Source of the DNA: Candidatus Acidiferrales bacterium
Lineage (GTDB): Bacteria; Chloroflexota; Limnocylindria; P2-11E
DNA: 64,000 nt
Direction of reading: 5' to 3'
Assembly: GCA_035631715.1 (NCBI GenBank)
Contig: DASQIF010000042.1
Location: forward strand, 1,582-65,581
In this document: positions 1 to 9,607 of the stretch, piece after piece
Position numbering within the stretch: position 1 is the stretch's first letter
Layout: every line of letters begins with the position of its first letter
Program-made: the position numbers and the translations under genes
Notes under the pieces: model-generated
Databases searched by the model: none
The model's input: the letters and a program-made list of their open reading frames with translations, nothing else
What the model was told of the DNA's origin: nothing

Positions 1-1767
1 GGCGTGGACCCCGCGCCGTTCGATCCGCTGCAGACCCTCATCGACAAGGCGCACGCGAACGGCATCGAGGTCGAGGCCTGGGTCATCGCGACGGCGATCT
101 GGCGCGGCAGCACGCCGCCCCTGGCACCCGATCACGTGTTCAACACGCACGGTCCCAACGCGGGATCACAGTCGTGGCTGACCCGGCGCTCCGACGGCCT
201 GCAGCAGGTGAGCACCGACTGGATCCTCGACCCGGGCAACCCCGATGCCGCGCAGTGGATCGTCGACGACGCGCTCTCGATCGTGCGGAACTACAACGTC
301 GACGGCATCAACCTCGACCGCATCCGCTATCCCGACAACAATCTCGGCACGAACGTCCCGTCGTGGGGCTACAACGACGCCGCGGTCGCGCGGTTCGACG
401 CGATCTTCGGGCGCACCGGCGTGCCGGCGAACACCGACCCGGTGTGGACGCAGTGGCGCCGCGATCAGGTCACCGGGATCGTGCGCAAGATCTACGTCGA
501 GTCGTTCGCGATCCGGCCGAGCGTGCGCATCTCGGCGGACACGATCACCTACGGCTACGGCCCGCAGCACGGCAGCGGCTGGACCGGCACGCGCACCTAC
601 GCCGAGGTGCTGCAGGACTGGGACAGCTGGATGCGCGAGGGGATCCTCGACCTGAACATCCCGATGAACTACAAGCGCCAGGCCGACGCGAGCCAGGCGG
701 TGATGTTCCAGGAATGGAGCGACTTCGCGAAGGACGAGCAGTACTCGCGGCAGAGCGTGGTCGGCACCGCGCTCTATCTGAACGACATCCCCTCGAGCGC
801 GACGCAGGCGCAGCTCGCCGTGGCGCCGAGCAGCGCCGGCACGCCCTCCGCGGGCTGGGCCGGCTATTCGTACCGCACACCGAGCGCCGCGGTCGACGCG
901 GGTACGCAGACCGGAGCGGACGGCCGAGCCGCGTTCACGGCGGCGCTCGGATCGACGTTCGCGAACGACGTGCCGCCGCCGGCGATGACCTGGAAAACCC
1001 AGCCCACGACCGGCCACGTCCGCGGCACGACCGCGGCGAACGTGCCGGTCACGCTCACGTCGTATGCGGGCGCGAACCTCGTCGCGCGGACCGCGACCTC
1101 GGACGGCAAGGGCTGGTACGCATTCGTCGACGTCGCGCCCGGCACATACACGCTGAGCGCGGGTGGCGCGGTCATCGGATACGCGCAGGTGAGCGCGGGG
1201 ACGATCGCGCCCATCACGACGACACCGCCGGCGGCCACGCCGATGCCGCAGCCCACCTCGACGCCGCAACCAACACCGACGCCCACCCCCGCGGCGTGCA
1301 CCAGCACGGTCGGGCCGGGCATCGCGCCGCCTGCCTCGGTCCCGTCAGGGATCGGAGGGTTCCACGCGTCGTGGTACGGGCAGTCCGGTTACATGACGCT
1401 CTGCCCGGGCGACCGCGCGACCGCGACGGTCGCGTACTACAACTCCGGCGCGCGCGGCTGGGTCAGCGGCAAGCTCGGTGAGGTCGCGTATCTCGGCACG
1501 TGGTCGCCGGAGCCCGGTCAGGACATGGCCTCGTCCGTCGGCGGCGACGGCACCGCCGGATCGCCGAACACGGGGTGGCCGCGCTACAACCGCATCGCCG
1601 TGCAACCGGCCCCGTACGTCGGGCCGGGTCAGGTCTCGTGGTTCCAGTTCACGGTGCAGGCACCGATGACGCCGGGCATGTACCGCCTCTACCTGCGGCC
1701 GCTCGTGGAGGGCGCGCAGTGGATGGAGGACTACGGGGTCTACTGGGTGGTCACCGTCCGCAGCTAG
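1..1767 (+). CDS. Glycosyl hydrolase-like 10 (GHL10/DUF187) family protein, 5'-truncated at the window edge, with C-terminal beta-sandwich domains
   Basis: ORF 4..1767 runs to the window start with no start context. Motifs AHANGIEVEAWV and NVDGINLDRIRYP are typical of the GHL10 TIM-barrel. The C-terminus has a Pro/Thr-rich linker (PTSTPQPTPTPTP) followed by carboxypeptidase-regulatory-like and Ig/NBR1-like beta-sandwich regions. Confidence 0.65.
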   Translation, partial: GVDPAPFDPLQTLIDKAHANGIEVEAWVIATAIWRGSTPPLAPDHVFNTHGPNAGSQSWLTRRSDGLQQVSTDWILDPGNPDAAQWIVDDALSIVRNYNVDGINLDRIRYPDNNLGTNVPSWGYNDAAVARFDAIFGRTGVPANTDPVWTQWRRDQVTGIVRKIYVESFAIRPSVRISADTITYGYGPQHGSGWTGTRTYAEVLQDWDSWMREGILDLNIPMNYKRQADASQAVMFQEWSDFAKDEQYSRQSVVGTALYLNDIPSSATQAQLAVAPSSAGTPSAGWAGYSYRTPSAAVDAGTQTGADGRAAFTAALGSTFANDVPPPAMTWKTQPTTGHVRGTTAANVPVTLTSYAGANLVARTATSDGKGWYAFVDVAPGTYTLSAGGAVIGYAQVSAGTIAPITTTPPAATPMPQPTSTPQPTPTPTPAACTSTVGPGIAPPASVPSGIGGFHASWYGQSGYMTLCPGDRATATVAYYNSGARGWVSGKLGEVAYLGTWSPEPGQDMASSVGGDGTAGSPNTGWPRYNRIAVQPAPYVGPGQVSWFQFTVQAPMTPGMYRLYLRPLVEGAQWMEDYGVYWVVTVRS

Positions 1768-1911
1768 CGCCCATCTACATCGACTAGCGCCGTCTACGTC
1801 AAATGGATTAGACGTGTATGTAACAACCATCCGTAGGGCCACGTTTGCGGGGTCTGACTTAGGTCCTTCGCCCCTATAGCCGCCTTGCGCGCCAGTTGAG
1901 TCTCTCTATCC

Positions 1912-4900
1912 ATGGCAAACACCGGCGGGCGGGCGGTGCGGCCCATCGCGGCTCCAGAGCTGCTCTGGTACGCGGCCCTGATCGAGCTCGCCATCGGATC
2001 GCTCATGGTGATCTCGGGCGAGCTCTTCGCCGCCGATGTCTACCGCTTCGTCAACCAGCAGCTGGGGCTGGTCTCGGCTCTCTTCGTCGTCGGCGGTGGC
2101 GCTTCCGTGCTCGCGCTCAGCGGCTTCTGGCCGAAGCGCCTGCTCGCGCTCGTGCCGTTCATCGGCGCGGTGCCGCCGGCGATCCTCGCGGTGAACTTCC
2201 TGTTGTCCGGCGTCTCGAGCGGTGTGATCGCCTACGCCTACCTCACCCTGGCCCTGCTGATCTGCGGCGTATGGATGATCGCGCGACAGGACCGGCTCCC
2301 GATCCGTCTCTTCGTTCTCACCGCGGGCGCCGTGCTCGCCACCATCGGGGTCGCGATGGTCGTCGCGAGCGACAACTTCGCGAACCAGCTGACGTACGCC
2401 GACCTCGCGAGCTACCTGTGGCTCATCGCGCCGCTCTTCCTTCTCGGTGGCGTCGGGCTCTTCGTCACGGAGATACGCGTCGCGAGATCGCGCGCCACGT
2501 CGTCAAGGTTGCTGCTCGCCTTCGCGTGCATCGCGGCCCTGGACTTCGGTTTCCTCGTCGCGACCTTCACGACCACGCACACCTGGACGGGCGTTCTCTT
2601 CTACGGGTTCATGGCGGTGGTCCTGCTCGTGGCCGCACCGCGGCTCTCGGTCTGGAGCGAGACGCCGGTGCTATTCGCATGGATGGCGGCCGTCGCGTCG
2701 ATTGGGGATCTCGCGCTGGCGTCCCTGGACCGCTTCGACGGCCAGCGGCTGTTCCCGCCGTCCGCGCTGCTGCACCCCATCGGCGCAGCGGGGGTCGCCC
2801 TCGTCTCGATCGCGCTCGCCCTCGTGCTCTATCCCAAGCGCACGATCGTGCCGCGGCTGAGCGCGACCCTCGCGCTCTGTGGCGCGGGCATCGCGGTGCT
2901 CGGCCTCGTCGCGCAGCTGGGCGCGCCGACCGCCGCTCCCGAGGAACTGCTCGGCTATGCCGGTGCGGGCGAGGTCAGCCCGTCGCTCACCGGAATGCTG
3001 GTCATCCTCGCGTGCGCCGCGATCGTGCTGCTGCAGATCGCACGGCCCGCCACGCGCGCGCTCCCGCAGCTCTACGTCGGGCTCGCTGCGCTTCTCATCG
3101 GCTATCTGGCGCTCAACTCCCTTGCCTACATGGAGTCGTCGCCCGAAGCGCTTGCGGTGCTCGGCGTGAGCGCCATGCGCCAGCACGCGGTGCTCGCGGT
3201 CGGGAGCCTCGCCATCGCGCTGGCGTTCGCCGGCACAGCACGGCTCTTCTCCGCGCCGATCGGCGACCGGCTCTTCGGCGCGGTGATCGCGATCGGCGTG
3301 CTGGCCTGGATCCGCACGGCATTCTCTGATGAGTCGCTCGTCTACCTCGTGAACAACGGCTACAGCGCCACGTGGCTCTCGTCGCACGACACGATCCAGG
3401 ACGCGATGAGCGGCATGTCGATCCTCATCGTCGCGACGGCCTTCGGGGCCGCGCTGCTCTTCCTCCGTACGGTCACGTTCCCGCTGGACGAGATCATGCG
3501 GGCGATCGCCAGGGCGCGCGCGGGCGAGCCGCGTGCGCAGGCGTACGTCGACGGCGCGGACGAGATCGGGTCACTGGCGCGCGCCTTCAACCAGCTCACG
3601 CGCGAGCTCGCGGATCAATCGGACCTCAACGAGCGCACCGCGCTCCACGACCGGCTCACCGATCTCCCGAACCGCGCGCTCTTCGTGCAGCGGCTCGAGC
3701 GCGTCGTGCGCTCGGGGAGGCCGTTCACGATGCTCTACCTCGATCTCGACCGCTTCAAGGAGATCAACGACGCGTTCGGCCAGGACGCGGGCGACAGCGT
3801 CCTGCGCGAGTTCGCGCAGCGCCTCGGCGAAGGGCTCACAGGCGTGGACACGCTGGCGCGCTTCGGCGGTGACGAGTTCGGCATCCTGCTCCCCGACGCC
3901 GGCGAGCCGACCGGCGCGGTGAACGCCGCGGAGAGCGTGCGCGCGACGCTGGTGCGACCGTTCAAGCTGCGCGGCCACGACGTCTTCGTCGAGGCGAGCA
4001 TCGGCATCGTCCGCTTCCCGGCAGATGGCATCGATAGCGAGACGCTGCTGCGGCGCGCGGACATCGCGATGTACGACGCCAAGCGCAGCGGGAAGGGACT
4101 CGCCGCGTACACATCGGAGGCGGACCCGCAGAACGAGAAGCGCCTCGCGCTCATGAGCGACCTGCGTCACGCCATCGAACGTCACGAGCTGCTGCTGCAC
4201 TTCCAGCCACAGGTCCGGCTGCGGGGCGGCGGCGCGTGCGCGTCGGTCGAGGCGCTCGTGCGCTGGAAGCATCCGACGCGCGGCATGGTGTCGCCCGCCG
4301 ACTTCATCCCGCTGGCCGAGGAGTCGGGCTTCATCAACGAGCTCACGCTCTGGGTCGTGCGCGAAGCGACCGCGGCCGTGGCATCGCTCCACTCCACGGG
4401 CCAGGCGCTCCATCTCGCGGTGAACGTGTCCGCCCGCGACCTCCACTTCCCCGGTCTGGTCGACGCCGTCGACACCGCGCTACGGACGACGGGCATACAG
4501 CCGAACGCGCTCACTATCGAGATCACCGAGACCGCGGTCATGGCCGACACGGGTCGCTCGCTCGACACGCTCGCGCGGCTCTCCGCGCTCGGCGTGCGCC
4601 TCTCTATCGACGACTTCGGCGCCGGCTACTCGTCGCTCGCGTACCTGCGGCGCCTTCCCATGAACGAGCTCAAGATCGACCGCATGTTCGTGGCCGACAT
4701 GCTCGCGAACCCATCGAGCGACGCCATCGTCAGCTCGGTCATCCAGCTCGGTCACTCCCTCGGGCTGTCGCTCGTCGCCGAGGGCGTCGAGGACGCCGAC
4801 ACGCACGACGCGCTCAAGGCGCGGCACTGCGATCTCGCGCAGGGCTACCACATCGCGCGCCCGATGCCGCTCGTCGACCTTGCGGTCTGGCTCATGCGGC

Positions 4901-4938
4901 ACGAGGACAAGGTCGAGATCGAGACCGCGGCGGATTAG
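1912..4938 (+). CDS. Membrane-bound bifunctional diguanylate cyclase/phosphodiesterase: ~14-TM sensor domain, HAMP-like linker, GGDEF and EAL domains
   Basis: The N-terminal ~500 aa is highly hydrophobic with many predicted TM helices. A HAMP-like helix follows (DEIGSLARAFNQLTRELADQ). The GGDEF motif is intact (RFGGDEFGILL). The EAL motifs are intact (QPQV..EALVRW, DDFGAGYSSL, ELKIDRMFV). Confidence 0.9.
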   Translation: MANTGGRAVRPIAAPELLWYAALIELAIGSLMVISGELFAADVYRFVNQQLGLVSALFVVGGGASVLALSGFWPKRLLALVPFIGAVPPAILAVNFLLSGVSSGVIAYAYLTLALLICGVWMIARQDRLPIRLFVLTAGAVLATIGVAMVVASDNFANQLTYADLASYLWLIAPLFLLGGVGLFVTEIRVARSRATSSRLLLAFACIAALDFGFLVATFTTTHTWTGVLFYGFMAVVLLVAAPRLSVWSETPVLFAWMAAVASIGDLALASLDRFDGQRLFPPSALLHPIGAAGVALVSIALALVLYPKRTIVPRLSATLALCGAGIAVLGLVAQLGAPTAAPEELLGYAGAGEVSPSLTGMLVILACAAIVLLQIARPATRALPQLYVGLAALLIGYLALNSLAYMESSPEALAVLGVSAMRQHAVLAVGSLAIALAFAGTARLFSAPIGDRLFGAVIAIGVLAWIRTAFSDESLVYLVNNGYSATWLSSHDTIQDAMSGMSILIVATAFGAALLFLRTVTFPLDEIMRAIARARAGEPRAQAYVDGADEIGSLARAFNQLTRELADQSDLNERTALHDRLTDLPNRALFVQRLERVVRSGRPFTMLYLDLDRFKEINDAFGQDAGDSVLREFAQRLGEGLTGVDTLARFGGDEFGILLPDAGEPTGAVNAAESVRATLVRPFKLRGHDVFVEASIGIVRFPADGIDSETLLRRADIAMYDAKRSGKGLAAYTSEADPQNEKRLALMSDLRHAIERHELLLHFQPQVRLRGGGACASVEALVRWKHPTRGMVSPADFIPLAEESGFINELTLWVVREATAAVASLHSTGQALHLAVNVSARDLHFPGLVDAVDTALRTTGIQPNALTIEITETAVMADTGRSLDTLARLSALGVRLSIDDFGAGYSSLAYLRRLPMNELKIDRMFVADMLANPSSDAIVSSVIQLGHSLGLSLVAEGVEDADTHDALKARHCDLAQGYHIARPMPLVDLAVWLMRHEDKVEIETAAD

Positions 4939-5639
4939 CCGGCGGCGAGCTCTCGCACCACCGCGTCGATCCGCCTGGCCTGCTCCACGTTGGCGAGCTG
5001 CGCCTCCCGCAGGAGCGCGTCGGTCGTGACGCGCAGCGCGCGCGTCAGCGGCTCGGCGTCGACCCGGCCGACGAGCGCCTCCTCCAACGGCCCGGTCACG
5101 TCCATCGGCAGCTGATGCAGACCGCGTCCCTCGCGCGCGGGCAGGCCGAGGCGCAGGCACGCGAGCGAGAGCACGTGATCGCGCATCGCGCTCACCATGT
5201 ACTCGGCCTGCCAGTACCTGCCGCGCTTGATGCTGGAGCGCACGTGGAGCGCGTACAGCCAGGCGTATCCGATGAGCTCTCGTGGATCGGGTAGCGGCAC
5301 GTGCGGAAGCTCCGTCGACTCGCCGAAGACGAGCCGGAACGTTGGCTGACGCGCGCCGAAGTCGGGCGCCGGCGCGACCGCGACGTCCACCTGCAGCGTG
5401 CTGCGCAGAAGGAACACGCGGTAGATCCACGCGCGCGATGGGACGTCGAGGTGGTCGACGCATCCCTCGTCGTCGTACATCACGCGGGTGAAGCCGTCGA
5501 GCACCGGCAGCATGTCGCTCGGGCCGCGCACGCCGAACGCGAGATCGATGTCCGACCAGCGGTCCTCGCCGCCGATCGCTGCCGAGCCGGTGATCGCGCC
5601 TCCGGTGATGCGCGCGTCAGATCGTGAATGCGCGAGCAA
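4935..5639 (-). CDS. Nucleotidyltransferase-domain protein (Pol-beta superfamily, aminoglycoside nucleotidyltransferase-like)
   Basis: It carries a GS...D.D motif (ITGGAITGSAAIGGEDRWSDIDLAF). It is convergent with the GGDEF/EAL gene, and the stop codons overlap. Confidence 0.55.
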   Translation of the reverse strand: MLAHSRSDARITGGAITGSAAIGGEDRWSDIDLAFGVRGPSDMLPVLDGFTRVMYDDEGCVDHLDVPSRAWIYRVFLLRSTLQVDVAVAPAPDFGARQPTFRLVFGESTELPHVPLPDPRELIGYAWLYALHVRSSIKRGRYWQAEYMVSAMRDHVLSLACLRLGLPAREGRGLHQLPMDVTGPLEEALVGRVDAEPLTRALRVTTDALLREAQLANVEQARRIDAVVRELAAG

Positions 5640-5693
5640 TCGCTCACGCAGCCGTTCGCGGTCGTCTGGTGTGAAGATGCCTAGATGATGCCG

Positions 5694-6137
5694 CTAGTTC
5701 CGGTAGGAGATGTCCTCGACCGGTCGATGCACCATCGCGTTCACGAGGTCGAGCAGCTTCATCGCGTCGAAGGGCTTCTTCACGATCTGGATGCCACTCA
5801 CCTCGCCGCGCACGGAGCTGCGAAGGGTCCCCGACACGATGACGACCGGCGTGCGGCGTGACTCGGGTCGCGAGCGGAGGCACTCGAAGAACGTCGGCCC
5901 GTCCATGAACGGCATGCGCATGTCGAGGAGCACGAGGTCCGGCCAGCGCTCGCCTCGGTCGAGCGCGCCGAGCGCGGCCGCGCCGTCCTCCGCGGTCTGC
6001 ACGTCATACCCGGCGTCACCGAGGAGCTGACGGAGCGTGTCGCGGGTCACCGGATCGTCGTCGACCACCAGGACGCATGGGCGCTGATCGCTCGTCTGCA
6101 CGGTGCGCGGTCGATGCACCACCTGTGCCACGGCCAA
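5694..6137 (-). CDS. Single-domain response regulator receiver protein (CheY-like)
   Basis: It has the VLVVDDD acidic pocket, LDMRMP with the phospho-acceptor Asp, and the conserved T and K (VVIVSG...KKPF). It lies 9 nt downstream of the CoA-binding gene on the same strand. Confidence 0.85.
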   Translation of the reverse strand: MAVAQVVHRPRTVQTSDQRPCVLVVDDDPVTRDTLRQLLGDAGYDVQTAEDGAAALGALDRGERWPDLVLLDMRMPFMDGPTFFECLRSRPESRRTPVVIVSGTLRSSVRGEVSGIQIVKKPFDAMKLLDLVNAMVHRPVEDISYRN

Positions 6138-6146
6138 AAAGCAGGC

Positions 6147-6617
6147 TCACCGACGAGCGGTGATCTGCCCGGTATTGAATCCGAGCCAGTGCATACGGCC
6201 GAGGTGGCGGGCGTGCTCGACCTTCATGCAGCGGTCCATGACCACCTTGAGGCCGCCCTCCTCGGCGATCCGTCCGCCCTCGAGATTGATCACGCCGTAC
6301 TGACACCAGAGCGCCTTCGCGCCGACCCGCACGGCATCGCGCGCGATACCGGGAACGGCGTCGGGTGTTCGGAAGACGTCGACGACGTCGATGTCGAACG
6401 GTACCGACGCAAGATCGGGATAGCTGCTCTCGCCGAGGATGGTCCGCTCGCGCGGATTCACCGGCACGATGCGGTAGCCGTGCCGCTTCAGATAGAAGCC
6501 GACGAAGTGGCTCGCCCGGAGGTCGTTCGGCGACAGGCCGACGATCGCGATCGTCTCGGCGGTGTTGAGGATGCCCAGGATCGTGAGCGGGTCCTGCCAC
6601 TGCGCGGGGATGTTCAT
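6147..6617 (-). CDS. CoA-binding domain protein (YccU/YneT family)
   Basis: The C-terminal 156 codons of ORF 6147..7496 begin at MNIPAQWQ. They contain the IAIVGLSPNDLRASHFVGFYLKRHGYRIVPVNP motif typical of the CoA_binding_2 family. The start ATG overlaps the metY stop as ATGA. Confidence 0.8.
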   Translation of the reverse strand: MNIPAQWQDPLTILGILNTAETIAIVGLSPNDLRASHFVGFYLKRHGYRIVPVNPRERTILGESSYPDLASVPFDIDVVDVFRTPDAVPGIARDAVRVGAKALWCQYGVINLEGGRIAEEGGLKVVMDRCMKVEHARHLGRMHWLGFNTGQITARR

Positions 6618-7924
6618 GCGTGAACTCGCATCGCTTCGACCGCCTTGAGCGCCGTCGCGAGGTCGTCGATGAGATCCGCCGCCGTCTCGAGGCCCACCGA
6701 GAGCCGGATCGTGCCGGAGCTGATGCCGGCCGCCGCGAGCTCGTCGTCGTTCAGCTGGCGGTGCGTCGTCGTCGCGGGGTGGATGATCAGGCTCTTGGCG
6801 TCGCCGACGTTCGCGAGGTGGCTCCAGAGCTTCACGGTCTCGATGAACGCGCGGCCGGCGTCGCGGCCACCCGGCAGGTCGAAGGAGAAGATCGCACCCG
6901 CGCCCTGCGGCAGGTACTTCTTCACGAGCCGCGCGTATCTGCTCGACGCGAGGCCGGGGTATCGGACGTTCGTGATGCCGGGCTGTGCCTCCAGCCACTC
7001 CGCCACCGCGGTCGCGTTCTCCACATGCTTCGCCATGCGCAGCGGCAGCGTCTCGAGCCCGAGCAGGAAAAGGAACGCGTTGAAGGGGCTCATCGCCGCG
7101 CCGAGGTCGCGCAGGGATTCGGCGCGCAGCTTCATGAGGTAGCCGTACACGCCGAATGTCTCGTGGAAGGCGAGCCCGTGGTACGCGGGTGACGGGTCGG
7201 CCACCACCGGGAACCGCCCGTTGGACCAATCGAACGCGCCCGACTCGACGGTCACACCGCCGATGCTCGTGCCGTGGCCGCCGATGAACTTCGTCGCGGA
7301 GTGCGTGACGATGTCCGCGCCCCACTCGATCGGACGGCACAGGTACGGGGTCGCGAAGGTGGAGTCGATCATCAGCGGCGCGCCGTGCTCGTGCGCGATC
7401 GCGGCGACGGCCTCGATGTCCAGCACGTTCCCGCCGGGGTTGCCGATGGTCTCGCCGTACAGCAGCTTGGTGTTCGGCCGCAGCGCGGAGCGCCACTGGT
7501 CCAGATCGTCCGGGTCGATGAAGGTGAGCTCGAAGCCGAGCTTGCGCTGCAGGTGCTTGAGCTGCGTGACCGAGCCGCCGTAGAGCGCGGCGGACGAGAC
7601 GATGTGGTCGCCCGGCGTGAGCATCGTGAAGAACGCCGCGGCCTGTGCCGCGAGGCCGCTGGCGAACGCGACGCCGCCCGCGGCGCGCTCGAGCGAGGCG
7701 ACGCGCTCCTCGAATACCGCGGTCGTCGGATTCATGATCCGCGAGTAGGTGTTGCCGTACTCCTGCAGGTTGAAGTAGGCCGCGGCGGAGTCAGGGTCCT
7801 CGAACACGTAGGACGTCGTCTGGAAGATCGGCACCGCGCGCGCGCCGGTGTACGGATCGGGGCGCTGGCCCGCGTGGATCGCGCGCGTGTCGAAGCCGTA
7901 ATCCTTTGACGGCCGCTCCCTCAT
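6614..7924 (-). CDS. metY: O-acetylhomoserine aminocarboxypropyltransferase / sulfhydrylase (PLP-dependent, Cys/Met metabolism family)
   Basis: It shows full-length similarity to MetY/MetZ. The PLP-lysine region is HSATKFIGGHG, and the N-terminal motif is FDTRAIHAGQ. Its start overlaps the metX stop. Confidence 0.9.
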   Translation of the reverse strand: MRERPSKDYGFDTRAIHAGQRPDPYTGARAVPIFQTTSYVFEDPDSAAAYFNLQEYGNTYSRIMNPTTAVFEERVASLERAAGGVAFASGLAAQAAAFFTMLTPGDHIVSSAALYGGSVTQLKHLQRKLGFELTFIDPDDLDQWRSALRPNTKLLYGETIGNPGGNVLDIEAVAAIAHEHGAPLMIDSTFATPYLCRPIEWGADIVTHSATKFIGGHGTSIGGVTVESGAFDWSNGRFPVVADPSPAYHGLAFHETFGVYGYLMKLRAESLRDLGAAMSPFNAFLFLLGLETLPLRMAKHVENATAVAEWLEAQPGITNVRYPGLASSRYARLVKKYLPQGAGAIFSFDLPGGRDAGRAFIETVKLWSHLANVGDAKSLIIHPATTTHRQLNDDELAAAGISSGTIRLSVGLETAADLIDDLATALKAVEAMRVHA

Positions 7925-9099
7925 GCGAGGAACTCACGGATCAGCTCGATCATGCGCGCCTCCTCCAGCAGGAAGGAATCATGCCCGTACAGCGCCTCGA
8001 TCACCTCGTGGCGCGCGCGCTTGCCGTTCACCCGCAGCGCGCGCTCGATCTCCGCCGAGTCGCGCGACGGGTAGAGCCAGTCGGACGAGAACGAGATGAG
8101 CAGCGTCTTCGCCTTGACGCGCTCGAGCGCGCGCTCGAGCGAGCCCGAGCCGTACGTGCGGGCGAGGTCGAAGTACGTGAGCGCGCGCGAGATGTAGAGG
8201 TACGCGTTCGCGTCGAAACGCTTCGCGAACGCGTCCGCCTGGTAGCGCAGATAGGACTCGACCTGGAAGTCCGGCTCGGAGAGCGTGTACGAGTACGCGT
8301 CCCGTTCCTGCAGCTCGCGGCCGAACTTCTCGCGCATCGCCGCGTCGGAGAGGTAGGTCACGTGCCCGACCATTCGCGCGACCTTGATGCCGCGATCCGG
8401 TCGGCGTCCGGTCCCCTCGTAATGACCGTCCTGCCAGTCGGGGTCGGACATGATCGCGTTGCGCGCGATCGCGTTCCAGGCGACGCCCTGCGCACCGAGG
8501 CGCGCCGTCGCGGCGATCGGGATGATGTGCGCGATGGCGTCGGGGAACTGCACGGCCCACTCGAGCGCCTGCATCCCGCCGAGCGAGCCGCCCGACGCCG
8601 CGTAGATGCGATCGATGCCCAGCTGCCGGAAGAACATTCGCTGCGCGCGGACCATGTCGCCGACGGTGACCACCGGAAAGTCCGTGCCATAGACGCGACC
8701 GCTGCGCGGGTCGATCGATCCCGGCCCGGTCGAGCCGCGACACGACCCGATGAGGTTCGTGCAGACGACGTGGAAACGGTCCGTGTCGAAGGCCTTGCCC
8801 GGCCCGATCATGCCGTCCCACCACCCGAGGCCGCTGCGTCCACGCTCGGCCGCGCCCACGCCATCGACCGTGGTCGGCGCGTTCGGGTCGTCGCTCCAAC
8901 CGGCGGCGTGCGCGTCGCCGGACAGCGCGTGGCACACGAGGATCACGTTGTCCCGGGCCGGGGACAGCTTGCCGTAGTGCTCATACGCGATGCGCACCGG
9001 GGCGAGCGTGCGGCCCGAGTCGAGCGGGACCGGAGCGTCGAGGTCGAGGAAGCGTGTGTGAGCGGTGCCGACGCTCCCTCGTCCAGTCGCGATCGTCAC
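7921..9099 (-). CDS. metX: Homoserine O-acetyltransferase (alpha/beta hydrolase)
   Basis: It matches the MetX consensus (LAYEHYG, CHALSGDAH, catalytic GGSLGGMQALEW and RHEVIEALYGHDSFLLE). It starts with GTG and forms a metX-metY operon. Confidence 0.9.
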   Translation of the reverse strand: MTIATGRGSVGTAHTRFLDLDAPVPLDSGRTLAPVRIAYEHYGKLSPARDNVILVCHALSGDAHAAGWSDDPNAPTTVDGVGAAERGRSGLGWWDGMIGPGKAFDTDRFHVVCTNLIGSCRGSTGPGSIDPRSGRVYGTDFPVVTVGDMVRAQRMFFRQLGIDRIYAASGGSLGGMQALEWAVQFPDAIAHIIPIAATARLGAQGVAWNAIARNAIMSDPDWQDGHYEGTGRRPDRGIKVARMVGHVTYLSDAAMREKFGRELQERDAYSYTLSEPDFQVESYLRYQADAFAKRFDANAYLYISRALTYFDLARTYGSGSLERALERVKAKTLLISFSSDWLYPSRDSAEIERALRVNGKRARHEVIEALYGHDSFLLEEARMIELIREFLA

Positions 9100-9166
9100 C
9101 CGCGAAAGCGTACGGGTTGCGCCTCAGTCGGGTCGACCCGTTGGGCCGGGCGCATAGCATCGGCCC

Positions 9167-9466
9167 GTGTCCGCGTACGTCGTCGTCGAAACGGTGATCA
9201 CCGATCCCGAGCGCGCCGCCAGATACCGGCCCCTGTCGGGCGCGAGCGTCGAACGCCACGGCGGACGGTTCCTCGCCCGCGGCGGCGCGATCAGCGTGCT
9301 CGAGGGGTCATGGGATCCCAAGCGCGTCGTGATCATCGAGTTCCCGTCCGTCGAAAAGGCGCGTGAGTGGTACGAGTCGGAGGACTATGCGGTCGCGCGG
9401 GCCGTCCGCCAGGGCGCCGGGGAGTGGCGGATCGTGCTCGTCGAAGGGGTCCCGCAGAGCCGCTAG
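9167..9466 (+). CDS. DUF1330 domain protein
   Basis: This 99-aa ORF with a GTG start matches the DUF1330 family pattern (VVVETVITDPERAARY...EFPSVEKAREWYESEDY). It is divergent from metX. Confidence 0.7.
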   Translation: MSAYVVVETVITDPERAARYRPLSGASVERHGGRFLARGGAISVLEGSWDPKRVVIIEFPSVEKAREWYESEDYAVARAVRQGAGEWRIVLVEGVPQSR

Positions 9467-9607
9467 GGTGCCGAACGGCCCATCCAACTCGGGCCGCGCT
9501 CCCCTTCACCGCCCCGCCCGAGAGAGCAGCCTACTTAGCGAGTTCTCAGGTCCGCCCGAAGACGCGAGGAAAATGGGCCGAGGACCGACTTTCGAAGGAG
9601 AGTGGGC

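Noticed and set aside
9100-9170. SAM riboswitch (SAM-IV) upstream of metX
   Set aside because: The divergent gap is only 67 nt. By-eye comparison with the SAM-IV consensus found no convincing match. Only a simple GGGCCG...CGGCCC hairpin is present.
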